NCBI RefSeq assembly: GCF_046119375.1 | Contig: NW_027362767.1 | Coordinates: forward strand, 429,102,001-429,166,000 | Length of the DNA stretch: 64,000 bases | From: Phyllobates terribilis | Lineage: Eukaryota | Reading direction: 5' to 3' | Part shown: positions 25,615 through 37,600 of the stretch, in pieces | Layout: the number at the start of each line of letters is the position of its first letter | Numbering within the stretch: the first letter of the stretch is position 1 | Made by a program: the position numbers and the translations under genes | Notes under the pieces: generated by a model | Seen by the model: only the letters and a program-made list of their open reading frames with translations | What the model was told of the DNA's origin: nothing | Database searches by the model: none

Positions 25615-28600
25615 ATGGCTGAGGTGAGATGATGATGGTGGTGGTTGCTCTATGTGTCTGCTCTGATGGGGTGGTTTCCTATGAGTCTGCTCTGATGGGG
25701 GTGGTTGTCCTGTGTGTCTGCTCTGATGATGGGGGTGGTTGTCCTGTGAGTCAGCTCTGATGGGGGTGGTTGTCCTGTATGTCTGCTCTGATGATGGGGG
25801 TGGTTGTCCTGTGTGTCTGCTCTGATGGGGGTGGTTGTCCTGTGAGTCTGTTCTGATGGGGGTGGTTGTCCTGTGTGTCTGCTCTGATGATGGGGGTGGT
25901 TGTCCTATATGTCTGCCCTGATGGGGGTGGTTGTCCTGTGAGTCTGCTCTGATGGGGGTGGTTGTCCTGTGAGTCTGCTCTGATGGGGGTGGTTGTCCTG
26001 TGTGTCTGCTCTGATGAGGTTGGTTGTCCTGTGTGTCTGCTCTGATGAGGTTGGTTGTCCTGTGTGTCTGCTCTGATGGGGTTGGTTGTCCTGTGTGTCT
26101 GCTCTGATGGGGGTGGTTGTCCTATGTGTCTGCTCTGATGGGGGTGGTTGTCCTGTGAGTCTGCTCTGATGGGGGTGGTTGTCCTGTGAGTCTGCTCTGA
26201 TGGGGGTGGTTGTCCTGTGAGTCTGCTCTGATGGGGGTGGTTGTCCTGTGTGTCTGCTCTGATGGGGGTGGTTGTCCTGTGAGTCTGCGCTGAAGGCTGT
26301 GATTGTCCTGTGTGTCTGCTCTGATGGAGGATGGTTATTAATAATGGGATGTACCCGGGCAGTGCCAGCTGCTGAGGATGTCCATTCCTTGTATAATAGT
26401 GCAGGGGACTACAACTCCTCTCATCTCCTGCAGAATAGGGTTTCTATAAGTAACATTGACGCTCTGCATCGTCCTCCTCGATCTGCTGTCAGCGCAGCGC
26501 AGTCACCATAGTATATAGGAGCTGACACTTTAGAAATGTATCTGGTTTCCTGATCATCATCTCTGCTTGTTGTCAGTGAATGGAACATTGTTCTTTATCA
26601 GGACTGGTGGCTCTCACAGCTGAAGGTTTGTTACAATTGTATCCAGACTGGACAATCCTGGACTGATACATTGTAACAGCTGATCTGCTCCTGTGTCCAG
26701 AGGCCGAGACCACCAGACGCAGCGCTGGACCCCGCGTCTGACCTGTCGCGCGGCCGGACCCCGCGTCTGACCCGTCGCGCGGCCGGACCCCGCGTCTGAC
26801 CCGTCGCGCGGCCGGACCCCGCGTCTGACCCGTCGCGCGGCCGGACCCCGCGTCTGACCTGACCTCTGCCCTTCTTCTTCCAGATGGAGGAGTTAACCCT
26901 GAACCTCGGAGATCTGGACCTGACCTCTGATGACTTGACTCTGGACACGGTGAGCAGTGAGTATCCGCTCCGGTCCCTATCATCCCACCATCTCTGTATT
27001 TTTCTGCTTTTCCCGGGTCCTGATAAAGATGAGGATCCCCAACCCCTCTGCCAAATATGAGCATTCCGCTATAAATGGAAGCCAGCTGTGGGGGAGGAGC
27101 GGTATGGAGGACGCTGTAGATAAAAGGCGCCATTATCAGCCTGTGTCTCCTCTCCATCATGTGGAGGTCTGGGGGTCCTCTCTGAGGGGCCGGTGGTGGC
27201 GGCCGTCTCTTCCCCCTTTCTCTGCTTATATGTCTATTCATCTCTCTGCTCAGTCCACATTCAGGAGAACCTGGAGGACGCTCTGGTGCAGGAAGCCTTG
27301 AAGACGGTGAGTGTTATACAGATGATATCATGGTCAGCAGTTTTCTAATGTCCTTTTTTTGTCAGTTTCTGCTTCGTGTCAGTGAATGTACAAATCATGT
27401 ATTGCTTGTCACAGTGTGTCGGGGGTATTTCCGCACTGTGGCGAGGAGCTGCTCCATTACTGCACTGCGGCGTGGAGCGGCTCCATTACTGCACTGCGGC
27501 GTGGAGCGGCTCCATTACTGCACTGCGGCGTGGAGCGGCTCCATTACTGCACTGCGGCGTGGAGCGGCTCCATTACTGCACTGCGGCGTGGAGCGGCTCC
27601 ATTACTGCACTGCGGCGTGGAGCGGCTCCATTACTGCACTGCGGCGTGGAGCGGCTCCATTACTGCACTGCGGCGTGGAGCGGCTCCATTACTGCACTGC
27701 GGCGTGGAGCGGCTCCACTACTGCACTGCGGCGTGGAGCGGCTCCACTACTGCACTGCGGCGTGGAGCGGCTCCACTACTGCACTGCGGCGTGGAGCGGC
27801 TCCACTACTGCACTGCGGCGTGGAGCGGCCCCACTAGTGCACTGCGGCGTGGAGCGGCCCCACTAGTGCACTGCGGCGTGGAGCGGCCCCACTAGTGCAC
27901 TGCGGCGTGGAGCGGCCCCACTAGTGCACTGCGGCGTGGAGCTGCCCCACTAGTGCACTGCGGCGTGGAGCTGCCCCACTAGTGCACTGCGGCGTGGAGC
28001 TGCCCCACTAGTGCACTGCGGCGTGGAGCTGCCCCACTAGTGCACTGCGGCGTGGAGCTGCCCCACTAGTGCACTGCGGCGTGGAGCTGCCCCACTAGTG
28101 CACTGCGGCGTGGAGCTGCCCCACTAGTGCACTGCGGCGTGGAGCTGCCCCACTAGTGCACTGCGGCGTGGAGCTGCCCCACTAGTGCACTGCGGCGTGG
28201 AGCTGCCCCACTAGTGCACTGCGGCGTGGAGCTGCCCCACTAGTGCACTGCGGCGTGGAGCTGCCCCACTACTGCACTGCGGGTTACTGCGGTTGTATTT
28301 GTTCCTGTTGATATTCAGCTGAGGTACAGTAATAATGCAGCCGTACCTCACTGCACTGTGTGAATACCCCCAGACTTCTGTCTTGTGTACAGATGTGAGA
28401 GCTGGAACGTTCTATACGTGAATTCCATAAATAATTGTTTCTCTTTTTCTGTTTCCTTCACCTTTGTTCCGGCGGATCCGTCCTCTGGCCGCTCTCAGGG
28501 TGTGGACCTCAGACAGTACTCTAAGCAGGTGGAGCTGGAGCTGCAGCAGATCGAACATGTGTCCATCAAAGACTGTATCCTTCCACTGGCAGGATCAGCC

Positions 28601-31600
28601 CGACCCTCCCGTCTTTCCGACCCTCCCGTCTTTCTCACCCTCCCATCTTCCCGTCTCTCCCGCCCCCCCCCCCCCCCCCGTCCTCCCATCTTGTATTTTA
28701 CTCTTAGCTTTGTGTCCGTTTTTCTCAGCTTGCTTGTAGATATTGAGCAAAGTCAGAACATCGCCTCCCTGCACAACCAGATCATCGCCTGTGACGCCAT
28801 CCTGGAGGTGAGAGTCTCTTCAGTCACAGCTCTGCTGTATCATGTGCTCAGATATGAGTATAGTGTCCTGCGGTGCAGCCACCTTGTATTGTTAGTGTGG
28901 GTGATGACAGCAGCCACTTCATGGGTCGGTGTCTGCCATAATGTCTTCTCCTTTCTCCTGTTATTGTGTTTTGCATTGTCTCCATGTGTTGCGTTCCCAG
29001 AGGATGGGCCTCATGCTGGGCGGCTTCCAGTCTGACCTCAGCTCCATCAGCTCAGAGATCCAGTCCTTACAGGAGATGTCACTCGCCATGAACATAAAGC
29101 TGAAAAACCGCCAGACTGTGAGGAGTGAACTGAGCGAGCTGGTCGACGAGCTGATCATCCCCAACACCATGATAAGGTAAGTGCATTGTGTACGGGGGCA
29201 GGTGAGGAGAGACGGGCACATAAAGACTGGGACCCCTGGTGATAGTGTTCTTGCACTGGAACCCCTGGTGACGGAGAGCACATGCACAGACCCCTGGTGA
29301 CTGTGAGCATTGAGATGGACCTCTTGTGATGTTGTATGTGCACATGGACCCCTAGTGATGGTGTGCATGAACTGGGGCCCCTGGAGACTGTGGCATGCTT
29401 CAGGACCCCTGGAGACTGTGGCATGCTTCAGGACCCCTGGAGACTGTGGCATGCTTCAGGACCCCTGGAGACTGTGGCATGCTTCAGGACCCCTGGTGAC
29501 TGTGGCATGCTTCAGGACCCCTGATGACTGTGGCATGCATCAGGACCCCTGGTGACTGTGAGCATGGAAATGGACCTCTTGTTATGTTGTACGCGCACAT
29601 GGACCCCTAGTGATGGTGTGCATGAACTTGGGCCTCTGGTGACTGTGAGCACGCATACATAGAGACCCCTGGTGACTACATGCACGCACAAGGACACCTG
29701 GGGAGGACGCGCACCTTCAGTGATCACTTAGATGCCCACAGACAGTCACTGACAGCTCGCCCATCCGGTGGAGGCTCAGACACCCACATTTCTCGGTTGC
29801 AGTGTGATCCTGGACGTCCCGGTCACAGAGCAGCAGTTTGTGGAGCAGTTACAGGAGCTAAATAATAAGATCAATTATGTGAAGGAGCAGGCGTTCAGGG
29901 ACACTCAGGCCTGCGGGGACGTACAGGACACGCTGCACAAGCTGAAGATAAAGGTCAGTGTCGCCCTCCTCTCACAATCTGGTTATGCCACTTGCTGGAT
30001 CTCATCTATCGGCATCTCTGCTTCCGGAGCAGCGCTCTCCCTTGTACAGAGATGTTGTCTGTGTCCGTCCTGAGCCCCAGCCGTGTACAGATCGCTGTAT
30101 TCTGCTGTGCGTCTTCTCTCTCTCGCTTTGTACAATCCTCCCGGTTATTAATCTTCTGTTCTGGATTTCAGGCTGTAGCTAAAGTTCGTGAGTTCATTCT
30201 GCAGAAGATCTACTCCTTCCGGAAACCAATGACGAATTACCAGATCCCCCAGAATGCACTGCTCAAATACCGGTGAGTTCGGGGTTAAAATTAATTTGTC
30301 GCAATAATTTACCCTACAAGTAGCAATAAGTGCTTGTCTTCATTGCACCCCCTCTGATTCTTAATACAGCTCAGCCTTCACTGCTCTTATAGGGGTGTTA
30401 CATTGATGACCTCCCCCCTTCTATAGGCCGTCAGTAGTAGATTGGTGGGGGGCTCCTGGCACCGCTGCACAGCGCCACATTGATCTTGGTAGCTGATTCT
30501 GGTTCTGCAGCTTAGTCCCATTAAAATAAACGAGGCTGAGCCGTAATATCAGACACAACTGGTACGAAATACATGGAGCCATAACTGGTAAATACTGAAG
30601 AGGCTGCAGCGCTCCGCTTCACTCTCTCTGGTAGGCATTAAGCATTAGGTAGCGTTCACACAGGCAATGCAGTTTTGGTCCAAACACGTGCAGTTTTTAT
30701 TGCTTTCCACAGGTTGCACAGCACCAAAACAAACTCATAAACATAAATCCCGGCCTTATCCAGGCGCTAACTAAACAGAACAGACCATGGCTACTCAGAC
30801 ACAGCTGAGCTAGCCCCAATCTGGTCAAACACAATCATCCATAGCAACCACTGGTACTTGTGGTTCTCTGCGCATGGGCGGTGCAGACTCTTCTCAGAGA
30901 GGGATGGTTGCCTGTCTCTCTCTTTAGCTCTAAGACACATCAAGTATGGTCACCTTCCCTGAGCTGACTTAGGAGAACAGCTAGCCTCTTCATGTGCAGA
31001 GCTAGCCAGGTGCACTAATCAGAGCCTGCAGAGCTAGAATTTAACCCTATCCTACCTGACATTGCTACACTCTTTCTTCAGCTGGAGTCGGACCCTAGCG
31101 GTCTGATATATCTCTTCTCTCATACATCCAAGCCTGTAATGTGACGGAGAGGTGCATTCCACTGTGATATCCAGATTATTACTTGTCTGCAGGTTCAAAA
31201 AAAACATAAAAGCCATCCCACCACGTCAAGGTGACCCTATTCAGGACTGTCCTTTCGGCTAGTATTAAAGCCTTACCATATGTCAAGTGATTTACATATG
31301 AATAAAGGCTGAGAAGGACCGAGACCCGGCTAATGGACACCCAGCCATGGGGAAATACATGTACTACATGTTAGGTTTTTTTTAAAATCAAAATTATGTT
31401 AAAACAGCAATAGTGCATGAAGTTATTTGTTTACTGAAGGGTATTTGCTTACTTTTGTTTTTATCTTGGGTTTTGTCTGTTTAGTGGCCAGTGTGAACAT
31501 GCGCTTACACGCCGCATACACACGAACTTATATTCCAGTTCATCACTTTAGGTTTTTGTCTGCAGGTTCTTCTATCAATTCCTTTTGGGGAACGAGAGAT

Positions 31601-34600
31601 CCGTGGCTCAGGAGATCCAGGACGAGTATATGGAGACTATGAGCAAAGTCTACTTGTCCTACTTCAAGTCTTACACCAGCCGCCTGATGAAAGTGCAGGT
31701 GAGAAAGGAGCAATGGGGGAAATGACAGATGAGCAGCGGCAGAGAAGATGACGGGAACTAATATACAACCCCTACTCCGATAAAGTTGGGGCACTGTGTA
31801 AAGAGAAGTAGAATATAATGATATGGAAACTCTCTTCTCACCTTATAATATTCACAGCAGAAGTTAGAACAGATCAAACAATGAGCGTCGGACATTTTTA
31901 CATTTCATTTGAAAACATTAACTCATTTAGAAACTGGTGGCAGCGACACATCTTGGAAAATTTGGGACAGGGTTAAGAAAAGTCCGAAACCGTAAATGGT
32001 GATAATGAAAATCAGCCGAAGGGTCAAATTTCAACAGTCACATGACTGTGTGTAAAAAGAGCATGTTAGAGAGGCAGAGTCTCTCAGGAGTAAAGATGGT
32101 CGGAGATCACTAATCTGAGAACAACTGCAGCTAAAAATTGTGGAATAATTTCATAAAAATGTTCCTTAACATATATTTGCAAAGACTTTGAATATCCCCC
32201 ATGTACAGCATATAATATCATTAGACGAATGTGGAGAAACCCATGTCTTTAAGGGACAAGGCCGACGGTCAGTTTTGGATTCTTGTGATCTACGGGCCTT
32301 CAGGCGGTGCTGCATTACAAATGGGCATGGTTCGATCATGCAAATGACTGCACGGGCTCAGGAATACTTCAATAATTGGTTGTCAGTGATTACAGATCGC
32401 CGTGCGATCCCCAAATGTAAGGTACAGCTCTATCGTGTAACGTAGAAGCCATATATCAGCACAAAACAGAAATTCTGCCATCTTTTCTGGGCCAAAGATC
32501 ATTTATAATGGACGGAGGCAAAATGGAAAACTCTTCTGTGGTCAGATGAATCAAAACGTGAAATTCTTTATGGAAACCTTGGATGCCATGTCCTGCGGAC
32601 AAAGGAGGAGAAGGACCATCCAGCTTATTATTGAGGAGAGGGGCCATCCAGCTTATTAGTGAGGAGAGGGGCCATCCAGCTTATTATTGAGGAGAGGGGC
32701 CATCCAGCTTATTATTGAGGAGAGGGGCCATCCAGCTTGTTATCGAGGAGAGGGGCCATCCAGCTTGTTATCGAGGAGAGGGGCCATCCAGCTTGTTATC
32801 GAGGAGAGGGGCCATGCAGCTTGTTATTGAGGAGAGGGACCATCCAGCTTGTTATCTAGGAGAGGGACCATCCAGCTTGATATCGAGGAGAGGGGCCATC
32901 CAGCTTGTTATCGAGGAGAGGGGCCATCCAGATTATTAGTGAGGAGAGGGGCCATCCAGCTTATTATTGAGGAGAGGGGCCATCCAGCTTGTTATCGAGA
33001 AGAGGGGCCATCCAGCTTGTTATCGAGGAGAGGGGCCATTTAGCTTGTTATCGAGGAGAGGAACCATCCAGCTTGTTATCGAGGAGCGGGACCATCCAGC
33101 TTGTTATCGAGGAGCGGGACCATCCAGCTTGTTATCGAGGAGAGGGACCATCCAGCTTGGTATCGAGGAGAGGGGCCATCCAGCTTGTTATCGAGGAGAG
33201 GGGCCATCCAGCTTGTTATCGAGGAGAGGGGCCATCCAGCTTGTTATCGAGGAGAGGGGCCATCCAGCTTGTTATCGAGGAGAGGGGCCATCCAGCTTGT
33301 TATCGAGGAGAGGGGCCATCCAGCTTCTTATCGAGGAGAGGGACCATCCAGCTTGTTATCTGCACACAGTTCACGTCTGTGATTATATGGGGGCTGCATT
33401 GGTGCCTATGGCAGGGGCAGTTAGACATGAAAGGCACCATCAATGTTGAGCATTATATAGAGGAGATCAAACAACATCTTCTTCACCCAGACAACGTCTA
33501 TTTCAGGGAAGACCTTGCATATTAGAGCAGGACAATGGTAAAGGTAAACCCCATCCTGCCTCCATCACAGCAGCACAGCTCTGCAGGAGAAGAGTTCGGG
33601 GGATAAATCGGCCGCCTGCAGTCTGGACCTTTCACCATTAGAAAACATTTGATGCATTAGGAAACAAAAAATCCGGCAAAGATCCCGAACTGTGGAGCAG
33701 CGAGAATCCGACATCAGACAAGAAGGTGACAACGTTCCTTTCCAAAAACTCCAGCAAATGTCTCCCCACTTCCCCGACATTTACAGACTGTTGAAGTCTG
33801 TCCCACAGTAGTGAGCACGGCCCGGGCACAATGGCGGACACGGCCCGGGCACAACGGCGGACACAATTGCTCTGAGATGTGTTGCCGCCATCAATTTCTA
33901 AATACATTTTTTTTTTCAAATGAAATGTAAATATGTCCGACATTCACCTTCTGATCTGTTCTATGTTCTGTGTGATAAAATATAGAGATGAGATTTCCTC
34001 CTCATCGTATTCTTGTTTTCTGCACATTTTACACAGTGGCTTTTTTGGCGTTGCGGCTGTATAATAAGGTGTCACAGTATTGAATCCTTATAACATTGGG
34101 AGGAGCAACCTCCCGTATACGGAGGGGTATAGCGCACGGATCAGCCATGTGCTGCGCATCCGTGGGTTAATGGATAGGACTAAACATGGCGTCATCCCAT
34201 GCGGAGGAGACGCACAGGACGGATCCATGGGCTGAATCATGTCCCCCAGCGCATTATTTACCCCTGCAGTCACCGGACACGCGGGGGGATGTGACCGCGG
34301 CCATGTTCAGCTTCTTTACTTTACGTCATGGGTGCGGTACACAGGACTGATCAGGGATCATGCACCGCTATAACATAGGTGTGTGAGCAGTGTATGACCA
34401 GGATGTGATTGCTGCTCTGGGGTATGATGAGGACATTATTCCCCTCCCCCTTTCATCATGTCCGCCCTTCTTTCTTTTTCGTTTTATTTCAGTACGAGGA
34501 AGTCGCAGAGAAGGACGACCTGATGGGCATTGAGGACACGGCCAAAAAAGATATCCTGGTCCCTGTCCTCGGGCTCCCACCTCGCATCACTCATCTGCTG

Positions 34601-37600
34601 CCTTTACTATAGATTAACCACTAAACGTCCGCCCGTAGGGGTTTTACAGCAACGTCGGGGGCTTTATTCTGCTGCACTGCGAAACATCAATGGCTCCACT
34701 CCCCTCTCCATGTAGAAGTCAGAGGCCAGTCTTGGTTTTCCTGCACCTAGGCGTAAAATTCAGTGTGGCGCCCCCTCCTGTACCCAACTGAAGTGTTACG
34801 TGACCGTTAGCTTTTTGCATGTTACGGTGCTGACTGCACCCTGGGCACAAGCCCGGTCTGCCCCCTCCATTGACGCCCCTGCAGAAGTGAGGAAAAGCCC
34901 TTCAAAGCCCAAAACTCTGTAGTATTAAGGGGCAAATGTGCCCAGTTGTGCTGGTCCTGGCCTCCTTCCCTCTCCATAATGGCGGCTGATCTTATATCCT
35001 TGCCTCGTAATTCGGCTTTTATTCTCCTTAATTCTGAGACACGCTTCTTCTCCAAACCGGCATTACGGAACAAGAACACGGTGTTCACCGTAGGGAACAG
35101 GGCGGCCATCATCAATCCGACCGAGCTGGAGGGTCCGATCATCGTGCCGCACACGGCGCAGAGGAGCGACGTCAGAGTAAGTGACGGACCAGGACGAGGC
35201 TGTGAAAGAAGGGCGGGGGATGCACAGAGAAATGGAGACCCTTTTATCATTTTTTGTGGGGTCTTTGATGGTGTCCTTCTCCCCGTCCTCTCTCCAGTAC
35301 CCGTTTGAGTCCCTGTTTCGCAGTCAGCACTACGCCCTCCTGGACAACAGCTGCCGGGAGTTCCTCTTCCTCTCGGACTTCTTCCTGGTGAGCGGAGTGG
35401 CCGCTCTGGAGCTGTTCAATACGGTGATGGGCCGCAGCTTGTCCATGTTCCTGGTGAGTCCACATATGGGAAAAATATAGACCATTCCAACCAATCAGGG
35501 CTCTGCTTTCATAATCCAAAAAGTGCTGCAGGAAATGAGAGCCGGGCTGTGATTGGCCACTGTCCCATTTGCGACTCATTCATTCTCATCCTCCATCTAC
35601 AGAAGCACATTGACTCCTACGTGTCGGACTGCTACGACAGCATCGCCATCTTCCTCTGTATACACATCGTGCTGCGGTTCAAGGGCATCGCGCAGAGGAG
35701 GGACATCCCTGCCATAGACAAGTGAGACGTGCCGCCTCTATAATGCACCGTCCTAGGGACAAGACCTATAGTCAGAGGCTTCTACAGGTTTACAGACATC
35801 TCTTATTGCGCTAATGCATCTAAAATGTACAAAAATGGAGAGTGTCTGCAAATGGTCTTGATTTGAAAATATGCCGTTTTGTGTATGCAGCTCGTAGGCA
35901 GAGCTATGTGTTACCAAGCTAATGGAGGACAAACAAGACCCCGTGTAGCCTGAGTTGCAGTTGTGTTACTCCTCTGTTCTCATTGAAGTGAATGGAGCTC
36001 TGGTGATAGTGGATCTACTGGGGCTGCCGGTAATTACTGTTGTCCTCGCCCGTCACAGGTACTGGGACGCCCTGCTGGACATGCTGTGGCCTCGCTTCCA
36101 ATATATCCTGGAGCTGAACATACAGAGTATCCGGAACACGGACCCTCAGAGACTGGGGACTCTGGACACGAGACCCCACTATGTAAGACCCAGGGATTAC
36201 ATATTCCACCCGCAGAATAGTGAGTGCAGCTCTGGAGTATAATAAGGATGGAACTCAGGATCCGTAATGTAATGTATGTACACAGTGACTGCACCAGCAG
36301 AATAGTGAGTGCAGCTCTGGAGGATGATACAGGATGTAACTCAGGATCAGTAATGTAATGTATGTACACAGTGTCTACACCTGCAGAAAAGTGAGTGCAG
36401 CTCTGGAGGATGATACAGGAGGTAACTCAGGATCAGTAATGTAATGTATGTACACAGTGACTGCACCAGCAGAATAGTGAGTGCAGCTCTGGAGTATAAT
36501 ACCTGATAAGTCATGTGCATGTTCTCATCCTCCTCGCAGATCACCAGACGTTATGCTGAGTTCTCTTCGGCTATTGTCAGCATAAACCAGACATTTCCAA
36601 ATGAGAAGACGCACGTCCTCCTGGGGCAGCTGCAGGTACCGGTGTATAGTGCTATATCAGTGATGAATGCCCTGGGATCGGGGAGTCTGTGCACCGTCTC
36701 CCGCCTCGTCTTCCTCCTTAGTTTACTCTGTAGTTTCTTACTTCAGGTGGAGGTGGAGAACTTTGTCCTGAGAATGGCAGCGGAGTTCTCGTCCAGGAAG
36801 GAGCAGCTCATCTTCCTGATTAATAACTACGACATGATGCTGAGCGTGCTGATGGTGAGTTATGGACGCCCCTGTTACTACCTGTCTCTGTACAACCCCC
36901 ATCCTTTATTCATCTTCTCATTCTTTATTTAAAGGAACGGGCGTCATCTGACAGTAAAGAGGTGGAAAGTTTCCAGCAGCTTCTAACTGCGCGGACTCAG
37001 GTCAGTGGCTGCTGCAGCGGCTCTTTACTGCACTTTATGGCACTGGGCTGATGTCACATTTCTCCACCAGGAGTTTATAGAAGAGATCCTGTCTCCATCC
37101 TTTGGGGGAATGATCGCCTTTGTGAAAGAATCTGAAGCTCTTATTGAGAAGGGGCAGCTGGACCGGCTCCGGAGCGAGGAAGGTGGGCGACTCCATGATG
37201 CGGACCACGTGCAATGAGAGGCTGGCCCCACTCCTGACCCGTTTCTTTCTTCCAGCTCGTGTCGCTCTGCTGGTGCGAGGCTTCTCTTCTACGTGGAAAC
37301 AGGCGGTGGAGACGCTCAGCCATGATGTGATGAGGTCCTTCACCAACTTCAAGAATGGCACCAGCATAATACAGGTAACGTGGATCTGAGGAGGACAGGA
37401 CAATATCCGCTATCTATATATATCCGCAGCCATGTCAGAAATTACTGCCGGCAAGACGATGTAAATGTGCAATCACATGCTAAGTAGTACAGCGGATACT
37501 ACAGATTCTGTATACAGGTAGCTCCCCCTAGTGGTGACTGCAGGCAGAATCTTATCATGTATCTCTGTATACAGGGAGCTCCCCCTAGTGGTGGCTACAG

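Noticed and set aside
27330-27895. Cys/His-rich ORFs (LHCGVERLHYCTAAW)
   Set aside because: Translation of the 29-bp intronic array in all three frames; not a zinc finger.
30649-31069. Possible solo LTR (GTAGCG...GCTACA ends, minus-strand AATAAA)
   Set aside because: The left TG is imperfect, I found no matching TSD, and there is no second copy in the window.
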